Under the pieces are notes generated by a model, which was not told the DNA's origin, did no database searches, and saw only the letters and a program-made list of their open reading frames with translations. This document shows, piece by piece, positions 19,832 through 29,089 of a stretch of DNA of 64,000 nucleotides. The position numbers and the translations under genes were made by a program. Source of the DNA: Longimicrobiales bacterium (GTDB lineage Bacteria > Gemmatimonadota > Gemmatimonadetes > Longimicrobiales > Gaopeijiaceae); NCBI GenBank assembly GCA_965116905.1, contig OZ220732.1, forward strand, positions 736,001 to 800,000. The letters run 5' to 3'. Position 1 is the stretch's first letter; every line of letters starts with the position of its first letter.

Positions 19832-20674
19832 ATGGCGGAAACAAATCGCGGCTACGCAGCCTGGATGGGCCCGGTCGCGAGAGCGATGTGGCCCTGGTGT
19901 TTGCTCTTCATCGTCGGCAAGCCGCTGTTGGAACTGAGGCGGCCGCCGTATGAGTGGTCGGTAAGCTCCCTGAGGTGGCTGTGGGGTGTCACCGAGGACG
20001 CCGCGTTGGCTCTCCCGTTCCTGATCTTCGCGGGTGGCGTGGCGCTGGTTCGGGTGCTGGGAGACTCCCGCCGCCTCGTACGGACGGCGGTGGCTGTCGG
20101 ACTCTCAGCGGGTGCAGTCACATATGCCTTGGGCGCGTGGGTCGCTCCGGAGGTACACAGTCGATTTCTGGCTGCTCTGGATCCCGAAACCGTGGATTTG
20201 CGCCAGTTCGGGCCGAGAACCCCGCCCGGCATCGTGGAGAATCTGCGGTTCGTGGAGGCAAACCCTCCCGGGGAGTACACCCTGAACGTAGGGGCCCCAC
20301 ACAGGTTCCCGCCGAGCGTGCTCCGTTGGGAGCTGCATCGCCCTCCCGCCATGGCGGTGTTCGCCGTCATCAACGTGCTTCTGGGTGTGCTGGCCGCAAA
20401 GCTGACCCTCGAACTCAGTCGTCGGGCGCAGCGGAACGCTCGACTCGCGATCGGTGTGTTCGGCGGGATCGCTTTCTTCGCGTGTCTCGCGGCGGCATCT
20501 CCCGTGGAGCCCTTTCTTCGCGATGGCACCATGCGATCGGGTGTCCTCGGTGCCTGGGTGCCGTTGGCCTTCCCGTTGGCACAGACGTTGGTGCTCGTGC
20601 ACCTGCTGCGCCGACGGGAGCACCGCCACCCCAACACACGGCCGGCCGAGTCGTTCGGTAGAGGACCGATGTGA
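19832..20674 (+). CDS. Hypothetical integral membrane protein
   Basis: 280 aa with about six hydrophobic segments; co-oriented between peptide 3 and the sigma factor. Confidence 0.7.
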   Translation: MAETNRGYAAWMGPVARAMWPWCLLFIVGKPLLELRRPPYEWSVSSLRWLWGVTEDAALALPFLIFAGGVALVRVLGDSRRLVRTAVAVGLSAGAVTYALGAWVAPEVHSRFLAALDPETVDLRQFGPRTPPGIVENLRFVEANPPGEYTLNVGAPHRFPPSVLRWELHRPPAMAVFAVINVLLGVLAAKLTLELSRRAQRNARLAIGVFGGIAFFACLAAASPVEPFLRDGTMRSGVLGAWVPLAFPLAQTLVLVHLLRRREHRHPNTRPAESFGRGPM

Positions 20675-20704
20675 GTCCCGCAACAGCACAGTCCGTGGGC
20701 TTCG

Positions 20705-21253
20705 ATGAGTGAATCGAAACGGCCCGACTTCGACGGTGTTCGGGAAGCGCTACAGCGCTTTGGACCCCTCATCGAGACGGTCGCCGAAAAATATGCGGAA
20801 GATGGCGATGACCAGGATGACATATACCAGGAGATTTGTGTCCGCATCGCGAAGCGTCTACACCAGTACGAAGGCAAGGGCGCGCTGGGTGGTTGGATCC
20901 AGAAGCTGGCACATCGTGTCGGCTTGAATTGGTGGAACGGGCGCACGGCCCACGAGGAGCGGCTGGAACGATACGAAGCGGAGATGCTGCCGATGGACCT
21001 TGCTGAGTCCCTGATCGACAACCCGGAGAAGCTGTTCGACTACAAGGAATTCCTCCAAGGCCTGGGACACGTGCTCACCCGCCTCCCGGAACGACAGTCG
21101 GATGTGATGATCTTGATCCACCTGCACGGGCTCAGTTTTCCTGAGGTGGCGAAGATCCTGAAGTCGAAGGAATCCACGATCCGATCTCATCATCGGCACG
21201 CCAGAAGGAATCTTCGGAGGATGCTGGGAGATGGAAATGATGACTTGCCCTGA
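20705..21253 (+). CDS. ECF-type RNA polymerase sigma factor
   Basis: DDQDDIYQEICVRI...GWIQKLAHR (region 2); LTRLPERQSDVMIL...GLSFPEVAKIL...TIRSHHRHARRNL (region 4). Confidence 0.9.
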   Translation: MSESKRPDFDGVREALQRFGPLIETVAEKYAEDGDDQDDIYQEICVRIAKRLHQYEGKGALGGWIQKLAHRVGLNWWNGRTAHEERLERYEAEMLPMDLAESLIDNPEKLFDYKEFLQGLGHVLTRLPERQSDVMILIHLHGLSFPEVAKILKSKESTIRSHHRHARRNLRRMLGDGNDDLP

Positions 21254-21686
21254 CTACATGGTGCTGGCCCGCACGGACTTGCGTAATGCCGACCCGGAGT
21301 TGGTCGAGCACCTGAAAACCTGTCCATCGTGCTGGCTCGACTGGCAGATTCTGCACGGTCTGCGTCACGTGTTGGACCCCCAGAGACCGGTTCGAGCCGA
21401 TCTGAACGAGCGGGTGATCGCCAGGCTGGCCCTGAGCGCAGCGCAGCTGGAGAGGACGCTGCGGTGGCAGGATCTCACGATGTCCGCGGTGCTGGTCGTG
21501 GTTGCGACGGGCGTCTTTTTTCTGGCGACCGATACTGCGGGCTCGGTTGTGTCCGTCTCCACGGCGCTCTACGTGATCGTGGCAGGTCTCGCGGCGGCGC
21601 TGTACGTGAAACGTGAAGACCGTAACGAACGCGCGGTGGCATTGGCGGCGGCGGGGGTGGTGATTCCGGAGGATGGCGATCAGTGA
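21231..21686 (+). CDS. Zinc-binding (HxxxCxxC) transmembrane anti-sigma factor
   Basis: EHLKTCPSC plus two TM helices; overlaps the sigma stop. Confidence 0.8.
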   Translation: MEMMTCPDYMVLARTDLRNADPELVEHLKTCPSCWLDWQILHGLRHVLDPQRPVRADLNERVIARLALSAAQLERTLRWQDLTMSAVLVVVATGVFFLATDTAGSVVSVSTALYVIVAGLAAALYVKREDRNERAVALAAAGVVIPEDGDQ

Positions 21687-21808
21687 TTCGGGCGCATGCC
21701 GATCACCTGAAATCAGAAGAGCGAGTCTGCCCGCCAGTGGAGTTGCCACCCGGCGGTAACCGAGCCGAGTCCGTCGATGCCCGCGTTTGAAGTCAGACGT
21801 CGCGCCAC

Positions 21809-21961
21809 ATCGAAGGGCGGGCCGTGGCCGCGCTGGCTGGCGATCAGGACATCTGCCGTTGGACTGGACAGGTGCTCGTTGCGGCCGCGCTCGCCGAACA
21901 CTACGGCTTTACCGACATCGACGGGCGGTCGCCCCGGCCGCTCACGCTGGATGGTGTTTGA
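21809..21961 (+). pseudogene. C-terminal remnant of a short-chain dehydrogenase/reductase
   Basis: Hand translation GRAVAALAGDQDICRWTGQVLVAAALAEHYGFTDIDGRSPRPL*; no start codon. Confidence 0.65.
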
Positions 21962-22316
21962 CGTCGGTCGCCCAGGGCGGTGGCCGCGCGGCGCGGGTGA
22001 GGGGACGGCCGGAGTCGTGGCGAGGAATTCGGGGAGATCCTCCCCTGTGATCATCCGCGGATGGTTCCCGATTACGTGCGAAGGTCTGCCACCAACCGGC
22101 ATAACCGCCGTCTCGTCCTCGAAGCTCACCCAATCCGCGTCGAATCTCTGATAGAGCTCAATGCCCGCCAGCGTGATCAGATTCGCGGTACTCCCAGCGT
22201 TGCTGCTCGACCATCTGGACCGGGGCGCTGTCGCTCCCTTGGCGTCAGGAGTTGGTCATCAGGTGACCCGATAGCCCTGGATCGGTCATCCACCGTCATT
22301 CCATGCCTTGTCCCGT

Positions 22317-22336
22317 ATATACGTTTGTGCGTATAT
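22317..22336. promoter_or_regulatory. Putative ArsR operator
   Basis: ATATACG-N6-CGTATAT immediately before the ArsR ATG. Confidence 0.6.
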
Positions 22337-22343
22337 TCGGAAC

Positions 22344-22658
22344 ATGCTCACAACACTCACTGCTCTCGCCGAGCCGACTCGACTCCGCATCGTCGAGCTA
22401 CTGCAGTCGAGTCCGCGGTACGTCGGCGAGATCGAGAAGCTCCTCGTGCTCAGCCAGCCGCAGGTCTCGAAGCACCTCCGGGTGCTGCGGGAGGCCGGGG
22501 TGGTCGAGTCCACGGTGGTTGCTCAGCGGCGGCTCTACGAGCTCCGTCGACAGCCCTTTCAGGAGATGGCCGTGTGGCTGGAGGGCTACCGCCGATCCTG
22601 GGAAGGCCATCTCGACGCACTCGAGGCGCACCTCGAACAGATTGGAGACGACCAATGA
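22344..22658 (+). CDS. ArsR/SmtB family transcriptional regulator
   Basis: ALAEPTRLRIVELL...LSQPQVSKHLRVLREAGVV...QRRLYEL. Confidence 0.92.
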   Translation: MLTTLTALAEPTRLRIVELLQSSPRYVGEIEKLLVLSQPQVSKHLRVLREAGVVESTVVAQRRLYELRRQPFQEMAVWLEGYRRSWEGHLDALEAHLEQIGDDQ

Positions 22659-23212
22659 ACGAATCCGAAGCCAGCGGAACCCTCGGGGAGCAGGGGGGCA
22701 GACAGGTCCTGCAATTCAGGCGATTCCTCGGGCACTCGCGCGAGCGCGTTTGGCGCGCCATCACATCCGAGAGCGAGCTGTCCGCGTGGTTCCCGGCTCG
22801 CATGACGGGAGACCGCAAGGTGGGTGCGGCCCTCCGTTTCGTGTTTCCGCCCGAGCCCGGTCAGACACCCTCAGACTCGGACGAAGAGGGATTGGTGATG
22901 ACAGGTGAGATGCTGGTTTGCGATGCACCCAATGTGCTCGAATACCGGTTGGACGCGGACGTGCTGCGATGGGAACTTGAGGAAAGCCCTGGGGGCACGC
23001 TACTCACGTTCACGCACACCTTCGACGAAAAGGGGCGGGCGGCGCTGTATTCCGCTGGCTGGGATCACTGCCTCGCATCGCTGGAGGCACGGCTTGGCGG
23101 GGATCCGGTCGAGCCCTTCACGCGGGAGCGCCACGACCAACGGTTCGCCCACTATGCACGTCGGTTCGGGCCGGATGGGGCGGTACATCGGTCTGCGGAG
23201 ACACAGACATGA
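22655..23212 (+). CDS. SRPBCC/AHSA1 domain protein
   Basis: RERVWRAIT...LSAWFP...LRWEL...GTLLTFTH...AGWDHCL; ATGA overlap with ArsR. Confidence 0.88.
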   Translation: MNESEASGTLGEQGGRQVLQFRRFLGHSRERVWRAITSESELSAWFPARMTGDRKVGAALRFVFPPEPGQTPSDSDEEGLVMTGEMLVCDAPNVLEYRLDADVLRWELEESPGGTLLTFTHTFDEKGRAALYSAGWDHCLASLEARLGGDPVEPFTRERHDQRFAHYARRFGPDGAVHRSAETQT

Positions 23213-24435
23213 TCCGCAGCGTCCGACCTGGCAGCTCGATCCTGTGTGCGGTGAGCGTTCTGACCGCCGGATGCGACCGCTCCGCGCACCCTGGACGTGA
23301 TTTCGTCGTACGGGACAGCGCGGGCGTGACGATCGTAGAGAACCGACGTCCACAGCCGGGGCTGCGACTCGGATGGCGGATTGGCTTGGCCCCGTCACTC
23401 TCCATCGGCGGCGCCACGGATAGTCCCGCACACGAGCTGTTCAACGTGACCGACGCCACCAGGCTCGCGGACGGTACCATCGTGATTGCCGACGCCGGGT
23501 CAGGTGAGTTGCGAGTTTTCGACGCGTCCGGGGCCCATCGTGCATCGTGGGGTGGCCGGGGCGAGGGTCCCGGCGAGTTCGGCAGCGCAGCGCCATCGAC
23601 GGTCGGACCCTGGCCCGGCGACTCGCTCGCGGCGTCGGACACCTTCGCGAGGCGGGTCTCCGTGTTCGGCAGCAATGGCGAACACGGCCGCACCTTCGTA
23701 CTGGAGTCTCCTTACTACCGCCTGCGTGGCGTGCTCCGCGACGGCAAGATGTTCCTCGGGAACGGTTCCACTTTGGCGTCCGCAGTTGTCGGCACCGGTG
23801 TGGCCCGCCGAGAAATCGCATACGGCATCGCGCGGCCGGACGGGGGCCTGTACAAGGCGCTCGGGACACGTCCCGGCGAGGAGTGGTATGTCGTATCCGA
23901 GAGCCAGGGGATGGCCGTGTACCCCCAGCCGTTTGCCCGCTCAACCGTGACGGCCGTGTGGGGGGACCTGGTTGTGATCAGCCCGAACGCTCGCTACGAG
24001 TTGCAAGCATATGACGCCGGCGGGGCACTGGCGATGCTCGTGCGACGCGATCACGACCCGCGGAGTCCGACCGGAGCCGATGTTGACGAGCACCTACAGC
24101 AGCTATACGCAGACGCCTCCGAGGAGGAGCGGGCGTCCGCGCTGGCCGACCTGCGCGACATGCCGCGCGTGGAGACCTTCCCCGCATTTGGCCGTATTCT
24201 GGCCGATCGTCTGGATCATCTCTGGGTGGAGGAATACCCGTTGCCCGGCAACACTGATGGATCGACTCGGGTGTGGACCGTATTCGGCCCCAACGGGCGC
24301 ATGCTCGGTCAGGTCGAAACCCCGGTCGGACTGAGAATCTTCGAGATCGGGGCAGACTACATCCTTGGGTCGATGGCCGATGACCTCGGGATCGAGTCTG
24401 TCCAGCTCTGGTCGCTCGACCGCGACGAGTCCTGA
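23209..24435 (+). CDS. 6-bladed beta-propeller lipoprotein
   Basis: Lipobox LTAGC; VRDSAGVTIVEN; GGRGEGPGEF; LWVEEY; DDLGIESVQLW. Confidence 0.88.
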   Translation: MIRSVRPGSSILCAVSVLTAGCDRSAHPGRDFVVRDSAGVTIVENRRPQPGLRLGWRIGLAPSLSIGGATDSPAHELFNVTDATRLADGTIVIADAGSGELRVFDASGAHRASWGGRGEGPGEFGSAAPSTVGPWPGDSLAASDTFARRVSVFGSNGEHGRTFVLESPYYRLRGVLRDGKMFLGNGSTLASAVVGTGVARREIAYGIARPDGGLYKALGTRPGEEWYVVSESQGMAVYPQPFARSTVTAVWGDLVVISPNARYELQAYDAGGALAMLVRRDHDPRSPTGADVDEHLQQLYADASEEERASALADLRDMPRVETFPAFGRILADRLDHLWVEEYPLPGNTDGSTRVWTVFGPNGRMLGQVETPVGLRIFEIGADYILGSMADDLGIESVQLWSLDRDES

Positions 24436-24590
24436 AGCGAGCGTCCGAAGGACCGATTCTCGCGCAAAGTGCATATTCGTCTGATTACCGGACACTATTA
24501 CGGCTATTCTTGACATCACATGTCCCGTTAGCGATCTTCTGTGCCCCCTTGGGGCCCCCGATCGCAGCCCCAACCAACGAGACCCGCTCC

Positions 24591-25844
24591 ATGCCGATCA
24601 CCCAGCTGGAACTCGCTCGCCGTCTGCGGGCCGCCCGGAAGTCCTGCCAAATCACCCAGGCGCAGGCCGCGAAGGCCCTCGGGATTCCGCGCTCTGCCGT
24701 GTCCCAGCTGGAAACGGGACAGCGCGGTGTGTCGGGGCTGGAACTCTACCGGCTGGCGCACCTCTATTCCCGGGCTGTCGGAGATTTCCTGGAGGAGCAG
24801 CTCGACGAGAGCAGTCCGGTTGCGGCGATGTTCCGGGCGCACCCCGAGCTGAGGGAGAGCCCTGCCGCGATGGAGTCCCTTCGCCTCTGCGGAGAACTCA
24901 CTCGTGAGGTAGCGCACCTGCACGAGTTGCTCGAACTGGACCGCGGAATCTCGGCGATTCCCGAGTACTCTCTCCGGATGCCAAAGTCGAGGTGGGGTGC
25001 CGTGCAACAGGGGACGGAAGCAGCCGAAAAGGAGCGTCGGCGACTCGACCTGGGAATCGCCCCGCTTCCCGATGTGGCCGACCTCCTGGGAGCACAGGGC
25101 ATCACCACCGTCCTTGCGGAAATGGACGATGGTATCTCCGGGCTCACTCTGATCAGCGCCGACGGCAATGTCGTCGTCGCGGCAAACCGGACCCATCCCA
25201 TCCTGCGCCGCCGGTTCTCGTTCGCGCATGAGTACGCTCATGTCCTCCTGGATCGCGAGTCGAAGGCGATCCTGAGCCACGCCCGAGACCGGTCGCGCCT
25301 GACGGAAGTGCGAGCCAACGCGTTCGCGGCGTCATTCCTCATGCCGGCCGACGGCGTGCGCAGCTACGTAAACGCCCTGTCCAAGGGACTGGGAAGCCGG
25401 ACCAGAGCGGACACGTTCGACGGAGAGGCACCCACGCGCGTCGAGGGAAGAAAGGCTGCCGACACACAGAACATCGAACTGCATGATGTCGTGAGGATGG
25501 CCCATCATTTCGGAGTCAGTTGCACCGCCATGCTGTACCGACTGAAAGGGCTCGACTTCGTGACCGAGGAGGAGCGCCTATCGCTGGCCGAACTGGACAG
25601 CGCGGGACTCAGCAAGGCCCTCAGAGAGTTCCTTGGCGTTCCGCAACCCGACGATTCCGACGGCGAGATGCGGGTTCACGCCAGGTTCGTGGCGATGGCG
25701 ATCGAGGCCTACACGCGCGCCAGGATCACGCAGCGCAAGCTCGACGAGCTGGGACGTCTGGTTCAGGTATCGGATCTGAGCCAGCGGCTGTGGCAGGCTC
25801 GCTTGGGGACCGGGTGCCGTGTGGTGCACGAAGGGGTTCGATGA
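24591..25844 (+). CDS. XRE-HTH plus ImmA/IrrE (M78) metallopeptidase fusion
   Basis: ITQAQAAKALGIPRSAVSQLETGQR; RRRFSFAHEYAH; EVRANAFAASFLMP. Confidence 0.92.
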   Translation: MPITQLELARRLRAARKSCQITQAQAAKALGIPRSAVSQLETGQRGVSGLELYRLAHLYSRAVGDFLEEQLDESSPVAAMFRAHPELRESPAAMESLRLCGELTREVAHLHELLELDRGISAIPEYSLRMPKSRWGAVQQGTEAAEKERRRLDLGIAPLPDVADLLGAQGITTVLAEMDDGISGLTLISADGNVVVAANRTHPILRRRFSFAHEYAHVLLDRESKAILSHARDRSRLTEVRANAFAASFLMPADGVRSYVNALSKGLGSRTRADTFDGEAPTRVEGRKAADTQNIELHDVVRMAHHFGVSCTAMLYRLKGLDFVTEEERLSLAELDSAGLSKALREFLGVPQPDDSDGEMRVHARFVAMAIEAYTRARITQRKLDELGRLVQVSDLSQRLWQARLGTGCRVVHEGVR

Positions 25845-26122
25845 GCGGTGGCACGCGCGGGCTCGGCCGCAACCGGCGGATCTCGAACCAAAGGTGTGGC
25901 CGCGCTAGGACTCGGTCGCGACGACCACATGGTGATCATGAATGCGAGTGAAGCGCGGGATCACAGCCTCGTTCTCGGGCCCGACTGCGCTGAATCTCGC
26001 ACCCACCCAGTTGCCGAACACTTCCCTCAGCGGACTCAGTCCTTGAAGATGTCCCCCTGACGGAGCGTCGTGTCTTCTACCGTTTCGTACCAGAACCCGT
26101 GGACGGCGGACATCCTCGCGCG

Positions 26123-26455
26123 CTAGCCTCCGATCTCCCAGTCCAGTACGGTCGGGGCGGCATCGCTGACGCTGCCACTGATCCGCGTGCCAGCGCGATG
26201 TTCATAGTGTTCCGAATACTCGGAGAACGAGCTATCGAAACGCTGACCCTTTCCGTCGTCCAGCTCCTTCATTGCCTCGACGGTCGTCGCATTTGGTACC
26301 CGGACGATGAAGGGCAGTCGCTTCTCCTCGGCAACCCGCAACAGCACCAGGCGGATGACGTCGGACACGGAAAGGCCCATTGCCTTGAGCGCCTCGGTGG
26401 CACGCGCTTTGGTGTCGCTGTCGATTCTCGCGCGCACGACGGTGTCTGTACTCAT
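26123..26455 (-). CDS. RelB/DinJ antitoxin copy with a replaced C-terminus
   Basis: Nearly identical to 54711-54968 up to QRFDS, then diverges; no adjacent toxin. Confidence 0.8.
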   Translation of the reverse strand: MSTDTVVRARIDSDTKARATEALKAMGLSVSDVIRLVLLRVAEEKRLPFIVRVPNATTVEAMKELDDGKGQRFDSSFSEYSEHYEHRAGTRISGSVSDAAPTVLDWEIGG

Positions 26456-26472
26456 TCTGGATCTCCTGTGTG

Positions 26473-26493
26473 TGTAGCGTCAATGTGGCTACA
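26473..26493. promoter_or_regulatory. RelB operator-like inverted repeat
   Basis: TGTAGC-N9-GCTACA upstream of both RelB copies (also about 54984-55004). Confidence 0.6.
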
Positions 26494-26537
26494 GACCGAC
26501 CCGGCAGCAAGACTAGCGCCTGACTGGCCGGACCGCC

Positions 26538-27425
26538 ATGCCGAGCTCGCCCGGCCTCGCTGCTCACCTCTACATCCCCGAAGGATTCGACGAGAACGGC
26601 AGCTGCCCGGCAATCATCTACTCCGGACCTTTCAACCAGGTGAAAGAGCAGACCGGCGCCGTCTACGGTCCTCGACTCGCTGAGCGGGGCTACGTCACCA
26701 TCGTCTTCGACCACATCGGCTACGGCGACAGCGAAGGGGAGATTCGCAACAACGAGAACTCCTTCGTGAAGATCGAGAGCATCCGTGACGCGATCAGCTT
26801 CATGGGAATCCTGCCCTTCGTCGATCGTCAGAGGCTCTTCGGGCTGGGCGTTTGCGCCTCGGGCGGCTACATCGCCCTCGTCGCCACGACGGACAAGCGC
26901 CTCAAGGCCATGGCTTCCGTCTCCGGTATGCTCGGCAACCAGCAGTCCTACTTCGGTACGATGGATCGAGAGACGATCACCGCGCTGATCACGGCACAGA
27001 ACGTCGGTCGGCAAAAGACCTACGAAACCGGTCAGGTCGAGTATGTGGACGCCTTGGGGCTGGAAGCGGGCAAGGATGCCCCGGAAGGCGCCTTGCGCGA
27101 CGGTTACGACTACTACATGACCGAGAGGGCCGGTGCCCAGACCTACCCAAACTACAACCACCTGGCACCGTCCTTCATGCTGGAAGCACCGATGCTCGCC
27201 GATGCGATGAGCTACGCGCCCTATCTCTACACGCCGTTCATTGGCATCCATGGTGCACACGCCGGCACCGCGCCTTTGACCACCTCATTCCATGAAAAAG
27301 CGTCTGAGCCCAAGGAGCTGGTTGAGATCTCCGGCGCTACGCACGTCTCGCTCTACGATATCCCGGAAGATGTTGACCGGGCCGTCGAGGCCATGGACCG
27401 CTTCTTCAAGAAGCATTCGGCCTAA
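26538..27425 (+). CDS. Alpha/beta hydrolase with Cys nucleophile (YcjY-like), possibly 5'-truncated
   Basis: QVKEQTG, LAERGY, GYGDSEG, GLGVCASGGY, GATHVSLYD. Confidence 0.85.
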   Translation: MPSSPGLAAHLYIPEGFDENGSCPAIIYSGPFNQVKEQTGAVYGPRLAERGYVTIVFDHIGYGDSEGEIRNNENSFVKIESIRDAISFMGILPFVDRQRLFGLGVCASGGYIALVATTDKRLKAMASVSGMLGNQQSYFGTMDRETITALITAQNVGRQKTYETGQVEYVDALGLEAGKDAPEGALRDGYDYYMTERAGAQTYPNYNHLAPSFMLEAPMLADAMSYAPYLYTPFIGIHGAHAGTAPLTTSFHEKASEPKELVEISGATHVSLYDIPEDVDRAVEAMDRFFKKHSA

Positions 27426-27473
27426 CGAAAGCCGCCAGCCCACCTTCGAGGGACAGCTACGTCACGCGCGACG

Positions 27474-27638
27474 CTACCCGACCAACTCGATCCTCAGGTT
27501 CAGGCCGAGAACGTTCGCGACAGCGGTGAGCGTGTCGAGGCGAATGTGGTCGTTGTCCGGGTCGAGAATCCTGTCCAATTGGCTTCGGCTCGTGCGCATC
27601 GCCCGGGCCATGGCGCTCTTGGTGATCTGCTGCCTTTC
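27474..27638 (-). pseudogene. 3' half of the XRE antitoxin (copy of about 7085-7250)
   Basis: ERQQITKSAMARAMRTSRSQLDRILDPDNDHIRLDTL; abuts the scaffold repeat. Confidence 0.85.
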
Positions 27639-27639
27639 G

Positions 27640-27946
27640 AGGAGATGCTGTTGGCCAGGCAGGTACGGGCCGCGGACGATACCCGTACGTCGTCCGCCGG
27701 TCCGCCAAGCGCGTCCGACCTGAATCGGAAGGCCACCGAGCACGGAGTCGCGGCGATCTGGCAGGATGCACGAGAATCGCTGGACAACAGTGTTCGGACG
27801 TACTACACGAAATCCGGCATCACCTACCTGCAGCGGACGACCACCGTGCCCGATGGCGTGCGTGTCCGCGGGTCGCACTGCGTAACGATCGGCGAACCCG
27901 GGGAATCCGGATCACGTTCTATTCGGCGGCCGTCGACCTATGTTAC
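27640..27946 (+). repeat. Truncated-gene scaffold repeat, copy A (internal fragment)
   Basis: EMLLARQVRAADDTRTSS...GITYLQRTTT...RGSHCVTIGE; matches the copies at 37.5, 46.8 and 55.0 kb. Confidence 0.9.
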
Positions 27947-28226
27947 TAGTCTGGACATGTACCCGCAGCTTGACACCTTCTCCTAACAGAATGGCGATCT
28001 GGCCAAGGAACCAATCCGACTCATGGTGGTACTCAATGCCAAGGCCATTCTTTGGAATGACCCTCCACCACGGCAGACTGGTGTACGCATCCCGTGACCA
28101 TATGGCTTTACCCACGTGCATGGGAGTAGTGCCGAGTTCAGATGCGATTTCGCTGTGGGTTCTGACCGTTCCCTTGGGAATGGCTCGTACAGCTTCACGG
28201 ATTCTCTCATACGTAGTCAGGGTCAT
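27912..28226 (-). CDS. Alkyltransferase-like (ATL/MGMT family) protein
   Basis: VRAIPKGTVRTHSEIA...HVGKAI...LPWWRVI, with Trp in place of the PCHRV Cys. Confidence 0.8.
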   Translation of the reverse strand: MTLTTYERIREAVRAIPKGTVRTHSEIASELGTTPMHVGKAIWSRDAYTSLPWWRVIPKNGLGIEYHHESDWFLGQIAILLGEGVKLRVHVQTSNIGRRPPNRT

Positions 28227-28454
28227 GAGCTACCTGGTGTCCAGACGACTTCAAAGGCATTTGTCACATTCGCCAGCCGTTCCTGTCCGTCGCTTTCTCC
28301 CCTCGACGCCTTGAGCTTCTGTCCAGCTGCGGCCTTCACGGCGCAGATGGCGATCACCGAGTTGTCAATGACCATTGAAAATGGCCAGCGGAGACGTGGA
28401 CGGTTCCGACGCCCTGCTGTCGACCGCAATGGACACCCCCTAACGGAGCCGCCG

Positions 28455-28961
28455 CTACCTGCACCACCCCTCGTTCACCCGCAGATAGCCGGCGATGATC
28501 TCGTCCACCTCCTCGGTCAGTACCTGCATGATAAAACCGCCTTCTCCGGCGTGGAATCCCAAATTGAAGACCCCGGGCGTCGCGTTTGCCGTCTCTTTGC
28601 CCGCGCCGTGGGGGTCATCGAGCGGTTTTTCAAACACAACGACGTACGCAAAGGCCTCATCCAAGACCTTCACATCCGCATAAATGGTGGGCTGAGGCTC
28701 GTACTTTCGCTCTCCGTACACCCGTGCTACGCGGAGGCGATTCTCGATCATCCCCTCGACACGATCAGGGGTAAGCCCCTCAATGGCCTTTGCGTGGTCA
28801 CCGTAAAGCCCGAGTCCAACCATCACCGTAACGGGCCCGCATTCGGTGAAGTACCTGAACCGGTCGAAGTCGGAGACAGACTGCCCCTCCGCTGGGAGAG
28901 GGAGGGCGAATCCCGCGAGGAGAAGCGCGGGGACGCGGAAGCAAGGGAGTACGGTTAGCAT
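28455..28961 (-). CDS. Hypothetical secreted protein
   Basis: Signal peptide ALLLAGFALPLPAEG; coherent ORF of about 168 aa. Confidence 0.65.
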   Translation of the reverse strand: MLTVLPCFRVPALLLAGFALPLPAEGQSVSDFDRFRYFTECGPVTVMVGLGLYGDHAKAIEGLTPDRVEGMIENRLRVARVYGERKYEPQPTIYADVKVLDEAFAYVVVFEKPLDDPHGAGKETANATPGVFNLGFHAGEGGFIMQVLTEEVDEIIAGYLRVNEGWCR

Positions 28962-29089
28962 CGAAGGGTCCTCGAACAGATTCTCGAAGGGGATCAGCGC
29001 CCCCAAGCGGGAGCTAACGGTATCCCTGGGCTCGTCACCACGTCAAGCATAACGTCGGCCAGTGATGGGCATGCGCCGGAGAATCCCAA

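Noticed and set aside
12087..21686. Classical RiPP cluster (lanthipeptide, ranthipeptide, bufferin)
   Set aside because: No LanM/LanBC, radical SAM, YcaO, DUF692 or peptidase-ABC transporter in the locus; the peptides carry Sec-type signals.
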